The notes below the pieces were generated by a model. It worked only from the letters and a program-made list of their open reading frames with translations, did no database searches and was not told where the DNA came from. Of a DNA stretch of 64,000 bases, positions 44,330 through 57,200 are shown one piece after another (within the stretch, counting starts at the first letter, position 1; every line of letters begins with the position of its first letter). Source of the stretch: Bugula neritina (lineage: Eukaryota; Animalia; Bryozoa); contig OZ037765.1 of the NCBI GenBank assembly GCA_964035545.1, forward strand, positions 24,055,504 to 24,119,503, read 5' to 3'. A program made the translations under genes and the position numbers.

Positions 44330-45370
44330 AGTGCTAGTAGTGCTAGAGCTCAGCAATTAACAGCAAATTTATTAGTAAATGTAATACTAATGTATTGATA
44401 TTACTATAATACTATTAGTATTGCTATAAGTATTAGTATTACTATTAGTATTAATCCTTTAGTGTATTATCAATTAGTATTCATATTCAGCATCGGTATG
44501 AGATTGAGCATTGACTCTGAGAATCACAAGACTGACAAGGGTATGACCTTCACTATGATGATCACGGTCAGTATTCTACCGGAGTTAGACTTAGAGTATG
44601 ACGTATGCTCATACTGAGTATTACTATGACTATCACTATAACTATGAGTACGAGACAGTGTAAGACTGGGCGAGTGCCGGGTGGTGCGATTATGGTACAA
44701 CTACATATTTATATTGATAATTGATAATGATTAGATACTCATGGTGATATTCTAACCCTATGTCATACTCACTATGAGTAAAACTATCATATTCATATTG
44801 ATGCTTATACTAATACTAATAGTAATAGTAATAACTAATAGTAATACTAATAGTGATACTGATAGTTGATGTAGTTGCACTTACAGCTACAGCAATTGCA
44901 AAACTGATAGTGATTGATACTGATACTCAATCTTATCACTGATAGTGATACTCATACTGATACTGATAGGCTTATGTTTATGGTATGAATATGATTACTA
45001 ATATTTTGATAGCGATAGTAACACTAACTGTAAGTGTAAATGTAACGACAAGTGCCAAGGGCAAAGGCATTGTCAGTGATACTGATAGACATTCACGATT
45101 CACATACTCATACTGATACTCGTACTGATATTCAGTATCACTTTCAGTATCACTATCAGTGTGTGAATCATGAAATTGAATCAGAATGTGACTATCAGTA
45201 TCACTATGAGTATGAGTATGAGTACGAGTATGATTATCAGCATCATTGTGATTATCAATATCATTATGACTATGAGTCATACTCATGCCCATAGTCATAC
45301 TGTGTCTGATACTGATAGTCATAATGATGATCATTATCATTAGTCAAATGCTAGTTTTGAAGATTATTAA
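44330..45370. repeat. Degenerate hexamer tract (TAGTAT/TATGAG/TACTGA variants) in the 5' region of PCIF1
   Basis: Directly visible 6-bp periodicity with orientation switches. It produces the spurious low-complexity ORFs at 44978-45340 and 45052-45294. Confidence 0.85.
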
Positions 45371-45389
45371 TCATTATGATTATCTGATG

Positions 45390-45730
45390 AAACAGAGTTT
45401 GGCGGCCATTTTAGAAAAAATATACATGCGCAATAGTGTCTTGAAGAGACTGTTAGTAAATTTGTTGCTTTTATACATAAACTTGCAAATAAAACAAAAT
45501 CATACACATTTAAAAATCAAAATAAAAAATCAAACTAATAATTTTATATAATTTGAGTTTGTCGAATGAGTAAAACGCCGTTATGCTAGCACTTCTCACT
45601 GTAAAATGTATAATATTATAATTAGCACTTGCCCCCCAAAATAAAAATCTTATCGATTTGTATTTGTCTAATTACGCTATAAGTTTAAGTATAACGCGCT
45701 AGTCGCAACCACCTGCATACCAGTAATATA
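45390..45730. promoter_or_regulatory. Probable bidirectional promoter for PCIF1 and the BNIP3-like gene
   Basis: YY1-like GGCGGCCATTTT at 45401-45412 and scattered CpGs, in a non-repetitive island between two repeat tracts and two divergent genes. Confidence 0.45.
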
Positions 45731-45789
45731 TTTAATATCACAACTATATTATTACGGTTATATTGTTGATATATTTATATTATATTTTT

Positions 45790-48230
45790 GAGAGTTCAAT
45801 TATCAAATTCAATCACTATCAGTATCACAATATCAATGTGATGTAATACTTAAATTGAACACTATGACTAACGCAACAGTATCAGTATGAGTATGAGCAT
45901 GACTATGAGTATGAGTAACACTAACGCAACAGTATGAGTAACAGTAACGCAGTTTGATTGTCATTTTGATTCTTCAACTTGATTTTGATCCTAAAGTTGA
46001 ACTCTTTTAGTCTTTAGCCTTAGATGCTATTACTAGTACTATTAGTATTACCAATACTATTACTATTAGTAACCACGCTAACCAAGCCAAACAACTCGTC
46101 CACAGATGATGCCGTGGAGTGTGCAGATATCCTGAATAACCACTTTCACAAGCAATTCAACAGTGGACACCAGCTTCAAAAGCTACCAAAGACACATGCC
46201 AATCGACCCACCACCCATATTGAAATCGAAGGAGTGAAGACGCTACTGGCAGGCGTTAAAAATGGGAAAGCTCCAGGGCCAGACCAACTACGTAAGGCTG
46301 ACCTTACAATTGATACACACCTGACTGCAGAATGCCTGACTCAGATTTATAACAAGTCCTTACAGCATGGTGAACTCCCTGACAGTTGGAAAACTGCCAA
46401 TGTCACCCCTATCTTCAAGAGTGGTGACAGAAGCTCTGCCAACAACTATAGGCCAATCTCCCTGACTAGCATTCCATGTAAGCTACTAGAGCACATCGTT
46501 CTTGGTATTTTACTAGAGAAAATAGATGGTTTCCTCCACAGCCAGACAGCACGGCTTTAGAAAAGGGTTATCATGTGAGACACAACTCTGTGCCACCATG
46601 CATGATATTCTCAGTGCGGCAGATAAAGGCTTGAGCACTCATGCTGCGGTGCTTGACTTCACAAAAGCCTTTGACACGGTGCCGCATGCACTTCTAATGG
46701 AAAAACTTTCCAAGATCGGAACAATTGACACACATATACTTCACTGGATACATAACTTCCTTACTGATAGGTCCCAGCGGGTGATACTTAATGGTAAGGT
46801 GTCAAGCAGTCTCCCAGTCTCGTCACGGGTACCTCAGGGATCGGTTCTCGGGCCTGTGCTTTTCCTAATATTTATCAATGACCTCCCAAACGAGGTAGAT
46901 TGCCCAGTCGCCCTATTTGCAGACGATACCTTAATGTACCAGACCATCACAAGCCAGTAGGACACGGCCCGTTTTCAGCACAACCTGAACTCCTTGGACT
47001 TCTGGGCATGCAGGATGGGTATGTCTTTCAATGTGAAGAAAAGCAAGATCATCATCTTCAGTGACAAGAAATTCACACATAACTATTTACTTGGAGGCCA
47101 GACTCTCGCAGTTGTTGATCACGCGTTGTATCTTGGTGTCACAATACAATCAGACCTGAAGTTCGACATGCATATCCAGCAGAAATTACTCACAGCGAAG
47201 CGACAACTTGGGATGATTAAAAGGGCACTGTATTGGGCACCAGAAAAGGCGAAGTTAATAGCGTACAAAGCCCTGTGTCGTCCTCACCTAGAATATGCTG
47301 CTGCTGTGTGGGACCCTAGCTCCAAGAAGACTGTAGTAGATATTGAGCAAGTGCAAGAGCAGGCTGTGAGATTTGTGGCAGGTATTAAAGGCAGGGGTGG
47401 CTCAGATGAGGCAAGATTTAGGCTTGTATTAACCAACCTGCAAAACAGTCGCAAAGACCTACGACTTAGTCTCTTGATGCGGATCCTGGCCAAAGAGGAA
47501 TATCATCTTTCACTCTCAAAATCGTATGAACACCTCATGGACCAGCCCACTACATCAGTTACCACCAGGTCCCAGTCAAATGGCATGCCCACCACTTTCA
47601 GGACTAACATCTCACTATTTCATAACAGCTTCCTACCCAGAACAATACGTGATATGAAAATAACATCAAACGCTGCTCACAGACAGGCCTCATAAAGCCT
47701 TGTACTGGCACCAAAGTCTTAAAAACAGAACTGCACTTATGTGATAAAAGCATTAACTACATTTTATAATTCTGTTCACCAAACGAGGCATACACTAATC
47801 TAGTGGTCTAACGTGATTGCATCTTCAAGTAAGTCAAGTAAGTATTACTATTAGTAGAGACTTTAAAGTTTTAACTGACGTAATTGTAGATAATGGAATC
47901 GAATCATAATGTATTAATATTATTATCTTTGACTATTAATTTTAAATTGAAATATGCTATTAAAATAATTTCAATTTTTTTAAAATTTTTTATAAGAGTA
48001 AGAGTAAGTATCAGCCTGAGTTTCACTTACAGTCATAGTAATATTTATACTAGTAATAAAACTAGTTGTAATACCAATAATATTAATAATACTAATAGTA
48101 ATACTAATACTCATACTGATAGGGATACTGATTGTAATACTAATACTAATGCTAATAGTAATACTAATAGTCATATTATTAATACTAATTAATCTAAGTT
48201 TAATTTGATGTAGTAGTACTAGTAGCCTAA
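45790..48230. repeat. Degenerate hexamer tract upstream of the BNIP3-like CDS, split by the LINE insertion (repeat parts 45790-46071 and 47843-48230)
   Basis: TATGAG/TAGTAT/TACTAA periodic sequence on both sides of the LINE. Confidence 0.8.
46072..47842 (+). mobile_element. 5'-truncated non-LTR retrotransposon (CR1/L2-like LINE) carrying the reverse transcriptase domain
   Basis: Three consecutive ORFs give KAPGPD, NYRPISLTSIPCKLLEH, QHGFRKGLSCETQL, LDFTKAFDTVPH, VPQGSVLGPVLFLIFINDL, FADD, YLGV and RPHLEYA. There is one frameshift (~46545) and one stop (46958-46960). The tail is a CAAGT/AAGT tandem. The 14-bp direct repeat TATTACTATTAGTA flanks it at 46058-46071 and 47843-47856. Confidence 0.93.
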
Positions 48231-48992
48231 AAGTAAATTCTTCATTTTTTTTTTATTAAAGTTTGGTTTGGGTTAAAGTTCTTGCGAGAACAAAACTTCC
48301 TTTGCTACATTTCTAGTCTAAAACAACAGACTTTTCTCAATTTCTCCGTTACCGCACCTAGCTCTTTATCTCGCTATTACAATTGGCAAATATTTTCTAA
48401 TGACTTCAGAAAAATAATACATGAAAAAGTTTGAAGTTGCATAGTGTAGTCAAAATAGTAAATTGTGTAATATTAATGTGCATTTTCAGCTTGATTTTTT
48501 AACAAATATTAAATTTTATTGACTTTGATAAGTTTGACTAAACCTTTTCCATCTTTTAGTAGAAAGTTCAAACCAGATTTTTTGCAATAAATACTGCTAC
48601 AATATGCATATTTTTCTGATGAGAATTAGAAAAATTAATAACTTTGATGGAAATCTAGCATCTATTCAGTCTGCCATGCCAAAATTGCAATAGTGTATAG
48701 TTTTACCAGTTGATAGGCATCTTAGCAAAAATACAAGAGTTAATTGCTGTGATAGGTAAATGTAAAACAAGATTTCACAAGCATTATTAATTTTTTTAAT
48801 TGAATTTAAATATATTTTTTGTTGATGCAGTATTGAATAATTTTTTTTAAGCTTGGGAGTGTTATATCAGTTATGTTGCCATTTTAGAAATACCACAGTC
48901 AGCTGTCTGGTGCTCATATGCAATAGTGCTTTGTGATATGCTGTCGGTTTTGTTTTGTTAACAAATTTTGTGAAGATTTATCTATTCTTCAA

Positions 48993-51297
48993 ATGGATGC
49001 TGCCAAAAACCAAGGTAGGGTTTTCACTCATTTTCATATAATTTTTTTAAATATCAACAGCCTGTTCTAAAAAATAAAAACAGAGTTTTACTTATGCTAA
49101 AAGTTTTTACAATTTTTATACATTTCTCTTTTTTATCATTTTGTTTTCTATTCATTCACCTTTTCTTGTCTAATTTCTACGATGAAGAATTATTATTTTG
49201 TTAGGTGAGAATGAATCGGTGTCCTATACTAGAAATACGTATCATTCTACTGAAACATTTACACCGCAAGCTAGCAATGCTCCAGCATTCCAGAATTCAT
49301 CTCCCCTGAACAGTAGAGCTGCTAGGTACTGACTTTATTGTATCATTTGATCTGTCCAATATGCTAACTAGTTTTTTTTCTAAATGCTTGCTAAACTTTT
49401 TTGTGAGCATTTAGATTTTAGAGCATCTTTTATTAAGAAATGCTTACTGCAGATGTCTTTATTGCCAATGCATAAATTTGAATAAGAGATCCTTGTACAT
49501 CATGTCTCATATATTATTAGGTTTTCTATCGACTAACATATTTTTATATAGATAAAAGCTTAAAATTCACTCTGCTTATGGTATCTTTTAAAGGAAAAAG
49601 CAAGTTTTGAAGTTTTTTCACGTTGAGTAAAAAGAGTAATTTCTCTGTTTTTAATAACCAAACATGCTAAATATGAGAAGAACTAAATTTTTCTTACAGT
49701 TTGAAAAGTGAAGATTCTGGAAATAGTAGAGCCAGCATTGAAACATTTACGAGACCAAAGATTGATATACCAGTGAGTAGACTATTATACTCCGCAAGTG
49801 TTTGGCAAGTTTTATCTTCAAGTATTATTAGATAAATATTTAGTAGTGCATTTGATCTATGTCTATGACCCATATCTAGTAAAACCTAATAATTAGTAAT
49901 GCCTCATTTGCCCATGTACTCTGCTATAATTATACATTGTAATAATTTGTTGCATTCTATCTTGGTTAGTGATACTTGTTTTTTGCTCATTCAACAATGG
50001 TAGCTACTGCTACTACTAAATTAAAATCTAACCATGACCAAGCTATTTTGATGACTGTAGAACACTGTCCTTCTGGCATTTGTGATCCACTCTTCTGAAC
50101 TGAAAAGTTAAGAGATGCTTTCTGCAGAATATTTCAATAAATTCTTTTCAAAAGGGGGGGGGGCACACCGGGAAAGCTGATATGAATTTTTTTTAGCGTT
50201 CAATTTTATCAGACAGCCACACAGTTACCATATTGCTTTACCCATTTTTCTGTATTATTGTAGCAAAATGATATAGATGACTTTATGTGGGATTGGTCAA
50301 GCAGACCAGAAGTTGCTCCCCCTTGGTAGGTGTTCCTAAGTGTTGTCTTCTCTACTTATAAACTCAAAATATTGAGATCGTGAATAATAAAAAAGTTTTG
50401 TTTTGTTATGAATTTTGGATGATTAGGTAGTAAATATATTCCAAGATCGTGCTATATTTTGCTGTAGTGAGTATGAAAATCGGTTTAACAGAAGGAATTC
50501 CTACAAACCTCACACAGTTCCAGATGAATGCAGTGACCACAGCTATTTTAAGGGTTATTCCTTTTCAAAACTGCTAGTATCCCATGCTTGTACTTGTATA
50601 TTGGGTGCTGTCTTGTAAGTAACCAATATTGCTTATCAGCTGACAAAGCTTTCTGTAATTTCACTTTGTATGGTCATTTGTTGAAAGTTTGATATAAGGA
50701 CTTGTATATGGAAACTTAATTTTTTTTTTGTGCATACTATTCTGAGTTTTCAAAGATGCATTAATTTATTTTGAGGTTGCAATTTCCTTTTTCAAGATTT
50801 TTCGAACCGCATATTCTAAGATTGTACAGAAATTAGTACTAAAATATTTAGTACTTACAAGTTGCAAAACCAAAGAAATTTTTAGCAGAAGGCTATGTCC
50901 CTAAAATGAGCTGAATTATTTCAGAAAAATTGGAAAAGTGTTCATAATGAAAAACGGCAAATCTTTACACAAAAACTTTTTATTTACTTAAGTACTCTGG
51001 TATTTAGCAGAAATTTATTTGAGGTAAAAGAAAATGTGCTATGCTGTAAATTTGTGTGTCTAAATTATTGATAGCAGCTGTAAACATGTTTATTAATGCA
51101 CTTAAGCTAATGGGTTGAATCCTTGAAAATACATGGGTGTGACACTCATTTTCTCCTTGTGTCAACCTTTGCTTTGCCTGTAAAGGCTTATGTAGTTGAG
51201 TTAGATTGGTTGCATTGTAACCATTACACATGGTTTGTCTTTCAGAGTGTTTGTTTGCTTCAAGCGCTATTCCATTACTTCATTTCTTGGACTATAA
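48993..51297 (+). CDS. BNIP3: BNIP3/BNIP3L (NIX)-like tail-anchored protein, 158 aa, 6 coding exons
   Basis: Not in the ORF track. Exons 48993-49014, 49205-49325, 49700-49772, 50264-50325, 50468-50614 and 51246-51297 join in frame (477 nt). Family motif DFMWDWSSRPEVAPP and C-terminal TM LLVSHACTCILGAVLVFVCF followed by KR. Confidence 0.85.
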
Positions 51298-52979
51298 TGC
51301 TTTATACATGTGTCTAAATACACACATGCTGGGAAACTGCCTTGCCACTATTCATTTACACATTTCCTTGAGCTACTGGAAACGTAAAGTATCAAGCAAT
51401 ATCCACCACTATGAATTATTTTTTCTATTTTCATGATATATTTATTTTTATTTATTGGACATTTCTAGTTTTGCACCAGACTAGTAGCCAAGTATGAATA
51501 TGTGTATTCAATATATTCCTTATAATCTCAACTCTCAACAATTGTTTTTCTGCATGAAGTAAGTGCATACCTCATGACAGTTTTTATTTTGCTTTTTGTA
51601 ATTTGCATACTGTGTGAACTATTTTTGTATATAATTAATGGTCATTTTATGTGCCATTAGTATTTTGTGTCATCTCAATTAATTTGTTAGCTACTAAATT
51701 TTCCCAGGATAGCTGTATTGTGGTGTACAGTAAGGTATGCTTTTTGGCTGTTCTATTTCATAAACGTTTTTTAATAAATTAATTTATATTTCATTTACTG
51801 GCTTGGCTTCATTAGTTTTCTAAATATTTGTAAACATGTAGTTAATTATTATCCATACACCAGAGCCAAAATCATTTTGTTTTGGGAAATGATAGTCAAA
51901 TAGATTATAATCTAGTCGTTAGCAAGTACATGAACTATGACAATATATTATTGTGAAAGCTACTAAAACTTAGACCTCACTTTGTAAAATAGTCAACTAG
52001 ATGAAAAGCCAAAATTGTTTTTTGGCTTATATATAATAAACAAGATAGAAGAAATACATACGCTTTTGCAACATGCAGTGAAACACAGATAAAAAGTAAT
52101 CAAATTTTAAGATCAATAATGAGCAGTTATATAATCGATAAAAAAAGTAATTTGTAAATGCCTTTTTATTTGCTGCTTACAAAATCCAAATGTGCCTAAT
52201 GAATGCTACCAACATGAAACTATTCGTTGCACAAGAAATAAAAGATAGCATATGCTAGTTGCTTTATATGATGTTTGCATATTACATTTATTGAAGTATG
52301 TATATGATATAAGACGTAAATTACCTATATACTATTTCAATGATATAAAAAGAATTGCCTTCATATTTTGTGATGTTGGTTTAAGTTATCAACTAGTATC
52401 TCATGCAACAAAACCTGGTGCAGCATTTCCGAATTTATTGTAGGGGTGACAATAATTATTTTTATATAATAATAGGTTGCTGGTGAATCTATATGTATTA
52501 CAAGTTTCAACCTGGTTTAAAATAAACTATCAAATTTGTGTGCAACAACATTCACACCTGTAAAATATATGAAAAGAAGGAAATACAAAAATACTTGTAG
52601 GCTTTAGAAATGATTTGATGCAGTAAAATACGTTAGATTAAAAGCTAAGGATTTTTAAACCATAATTAGTTCAGTTGCAAAATGTATTTTTAAAATTGCT
52701 TCATGGGCCACTTTGTGTTGCAATGATCACACTGTAGTTCATACAAGTTTTATGCAGACTCAATGTTTTGTCAAATGGTAGCACACAACCCTTAAATCGA
52801 AACTATAAGGGGAGCTGAGCTGGAAAAGGTAATATTGTTGAGTTCATTGGTTAAATGAACACAATCACCGAAATTTTGAAAGCATAGTTAGGGTTTATAC
52901 GCTAAGTTGGCTTAGCGGAACCACTCACATCGTTAATTTCCTATTTCCAGGTCGCTAGTTTAACTTCATCTTCACAATT

Positions 52980-53950
52980 CTTACAGTTACAGTGACTATT
53001 ACATTCACTATTACTATACTATTAGTATTAGGGAATACATTTTGGTGTGTTTACCTCAGTTACCCGTTAGTTAATAGTAATACTTAATAGTGTTACTGTT
53101 ACTATTAGTGTTATTACTAATAGTAATACTAATAGTAATGCTGATAGAAATAGTAATAGTACTACTACTAGTAGTAGTAGTATTACTATTAGTATTAGTA
53201 TTACTATTAGTATTAGTATTACTATTACTATTACTATTAGTATTAGTATAAGTATTACATCTACTAATAATAATATTATAGTAATACTAATAGTAATACT
53301 ATAAATTTAACTCAGATTTTACTATAAGTATAAGTATAACTTAGTTATACTCATACTTATACTTATAGTTATAGTAAAGTTTGAGTTAAAGTTATAGTAT
53401 TACTATAGTATTAACTATGACTTATGAGTTTTACTTATAATTAAGGTATAACTTCAACTTGTAACTCAAACTGTAAGTATCAGTATGAGTATGACATTAT
53501 GATTATGATTAATCATTAAGTTTAACTGTAGGTATTAATAATACTATAAGTAAAAGTTATACTCATAGTCATACGAATACTGTTAGTGCTATACTTATAG
53601 TTATAGCTATAGTAATACAAAGAGTAAGTGTAAGTCTATTAGTATTATTATTAGAGCCAGGGCTAATAATTGTTAATATAAATAGTTACAATTGAATGAT
53701 CATAGACATAACGCAAGCAGAAAGAGCAATGCTATTATAAATATAACTACTATAACAATAATTTTATAATAAATAATTTAATAATCATAATTCTAATTGA
53801 TATCCATATTCATACTGATGGTGAATAACTATAATTGTAAGTCATAGTATTTTTTATTTTACTATTTCTATTAGTATTAGCCTTAGAATTAGAATTAAAT
53901 TTAGATGTACAAGGTAAAAGTTTTGCTGTAATAGTATAAGTACTAGTATT
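52980..53950. repeat. Degenerate (TAGTAT/ATACTA/TATAAG)n tract with internal palindrome, 5' of the ANAPC2 CDS
   Basis: Visible periodicity. Positions ~53296-53400 form an imperfect palindrome centred on GTATAACTTAGTTATAC. Confidence 0.85.
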
Positions 53951-54298
53951 AGTAGATATCAGATAATACGAAGACTATTGCAGTATTAGTATAACCATAG
54001 TTGTATCTGTCACATTTAATAGCAGATTCAAACAGGATTACCCTATTGATATTGCTAATCAGTTGAATAGCTTGATATAAAGACTGCAGTATTTTGCATT
54101 GCTTTGGTAAAACTGCATATGGATTATGATTACAATAACATAGTGGCCATAAAACTATGCATTTAGACAAATAACGTAACATATTATGCCGTTCAATTAG
54201 GTATTATGTTTGTCTGCGATTTATTCATACAAATAGAGAAGTTATCAAAGAATTCTAAGTCTTGTTAATATTTATAGTTTGGCTTGCTGATATCTAAA

Positions 54299-57200
54299 AT
54301 GGATCTCGAAGAAGCATGGAATTTTGTAGAAAATCTTCTACAAGCTGTAAGTATTTTCTCAATTTTTCGTTTTGAACAGTAGTGACTTAAAAAGTGTAGT
54401 GTTTACTGTTTATTTATTCTAAGAAATTGTGGAAATTCAATATACATAACTCTTTCTTATTTATTTTGACTATTATTGGTATCTATTGATTGTACATAAA
54501 TGAATATTTTACAACTGCAAAGAGCAATTAATTATATCTCTATACGTTTGGAATTAAGTTAAGATATTTTGTTTATTAGGTTGCCAAGTTGTTTGTATTT
54601 AAAGCATTAGTCAATCAAATGAGTTGTCATAATCAATCATGTAGACATCAGCTTTATTTTAAAATAACGATTGCAATGATGACTACAGTATCCAAGTGTC
54701 TTCGTGTCTCTCTGTCTAATGTTTACTGCTGCTTGCTATTACCTACCATTTAATGTGCATGAACACTGCAAGACATTTTTAGTTACTCAAGTTGTTCACT
54801 GATGATGCTTTTATTTGCATATATATTTGTTTTAGAAGGAGAGTTTAAATTTGGCAGGTTTAAAGTTGGCTGTAGAAAAACTAGTTGCAGATGATCTGTT
54901 AGACGCAGTATATGAAACTCTAGCATACCAGATTGAACAGTCTATTGAAAATAGTATTTTACCTTATATTTCCCAAGACGCTAACTGCACTCTACCAATA
55001 CTAATAACTGAAATATATAACCAAGCAAAGTCACACAGAGATGCTGTTCAACCACTCATAATGTTGCTGGATAGTTTAAAATGCCGCCATGAGTTAGCTG
55101 AAGCAGTGCAAAGGATCTATCGGATTGAGATCGAGTTTTCACATCAACACAAGATTACAGAGCTTGCAGAGCAGTTTTATTCTAAGGCATATTTAGTTTG
55201 CTCAAAAGAAATGACATCAGCTGAAGATTTCGAGGGTATATCTTAGTCTTCACGCAATACTTTATTTTGGTGTAAAAATAATATTGGTAATTTTGTAGTC
55301 AATGGGGATTTTAATCTGAACTACTTGATTCCTCTTACAGAATCTGGCTGCTGCCCGTGTGAGTTGTCTCCATGTCAGTGTCATCTAATATTGTTACAGA
55401 TGTCAGCCATCACAGAACACATGTAAGCAGAACTTTCTGTCATTGTGTTTTTTTGTACCTATTGTAAGAAGACTCTGGGAAAGACTTTAATAGAAATAAC
55501 TATTAGTTGTGTCTCTACACGTCATAGAAAATTGAAATATAATTGTATCTCTCGTCACTATTAAACAGTTTTAAAGGCATGTGCAGTTTTATTCCATATT
55601 TTAGTAGGTTTGTGACTTTTATTGCTAAAAACACCCTATAAGCAACAACAAAAGAGCCCATTTTCTTATGACTTCTGTTTGCAAAAACCTATTGATAAAG
55701 GCTTTAGTTTTCTTATACAGACAGGAGCTTGGCTTATTCCAAAACATCATTGAAGATGTTCTGTTTGGTATTGCACGAGCAAAGATCAAAGAGCGTGTTT
55801 CAACAACCTGTGCTAGTAGCTACAGCAAAACACTAATCAATGATTTAACCGAGTGGCTGAACAGTGATTTGATTGGTTGGTTGGATAAAGTCACTGTAAA
55901 CTTAGATGGCAGTGAGATTTTATCAAAGGAGCGATTAATGTATTATTTGTACGACAGCTTTGTCAAACTCAGGTACTCTATGCATATAAGTAGAAAGACA
56001 TAATCTTTAATCTTACTTACTTATGCTATTGTAAAAAAAATATTGAATTACATATGTGGCAAAAATGTTTGATCAAATTGCAGTTATAAAAATTGCTTTT
56101 TATTGTTGCATTATGGTAAAACTTTGTATGTATATTTTATTCTAATCAAAAAAATTAAGAGAAAAATGAACAAGGGCAATACTTTTGGCAATTTATTTAC
56201 TGTTCCTAAGCAGGACAATTCTTAGTTTGTTTACTTCATCTCTAAACATAGTAGATTCATTATGACCTGCCAAATACACTGTTTTACACTAGAAATACTG
56301 CTCCTCAAAAAGAAATTTGTTTTTATTTTGTGTTTACAGTAAATATAACTGGAGTTAATTGCTTCAGAAACAAAATCAATTATTTTCATTATTTCAATCA
56401 ATTCTTTAGGTTCATATATAAATATAGTGTCTCACTATAACGTACACAGGTTGGATGAAATTCTACCAATGATAATTGACTATCCAGACTCCAGACCCAG
56501 TTTTGAAGATCTCCACTCAGTTTTACCTCAAACAAACCTACGTAAACAGCTCATAGTCACAATAAAGCAAGTTTATGAAAGCCGAATACTTCATCCAGGT
56601 GACCGCCATTTATCTTGATAAAAAGTTGATATAATACAAATTTTTTGCATCAGTATTTATTGTTTAAAATTGTGCTCCTGTGCGCATGTATGGGGGGGGG
56701 GGGTTGTTTAGTGTTTGAATTTATTTGGCTAGGAATATGCATTGTTTTTTTAAAATTACAACTAGAAAGTTTACATGTTTTACAAACACCACTATGGTAA
56801 TATGTAGTTACAGCTTATCAATTTATAATTATGATAAAAGGTATGTGAGCATGCCTATGTCTTGTGTGGGTGGCAGTGTATTGAGGTTATTTTTGATATT
56901 ACTATGTTTACAATTGATTGCCTTGCAGGGGTGACAACTACTGATATACTGACTGCTTACATACAATCTATACAAGCATTTAGAGTGTTGGACCCATCGT
57001 GTGTCATTTTGGAAATCGTGACTGAACCAGTCAAATTGTATCTCAGGTAAAATTAACTTCTTTTTACATACTATTTTAGTGAATAATCGACTATTATCGT
57101 TTTAGCATTACATTTTTGAAGAAGTACAGTGCATCTCACTAATCTGCCGGTCCCGAAACCTCAATTCATGACATAGTAGACTACCAGATTTAACTCACGG

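Noticed and set aside
44978-45551. ORFs with His/Tyr/Asp or Ile/Ser repeats (also 47893-48192, 47980-48174, 61714-61953)
   Set aside because: They are translations of the periodic non-coding tracts, with no splice structure or recognisable domain.
46024-46560. Apparent signal peptide (MLLLVLLVLPILLLLV) fused to the RT fragment
   Set aside because: The hydrophobic stretch is the translated TAT/TAC/TAG flank upstream of the target-site duplication. The fusion is fortuitous and the RT is frameshifted.
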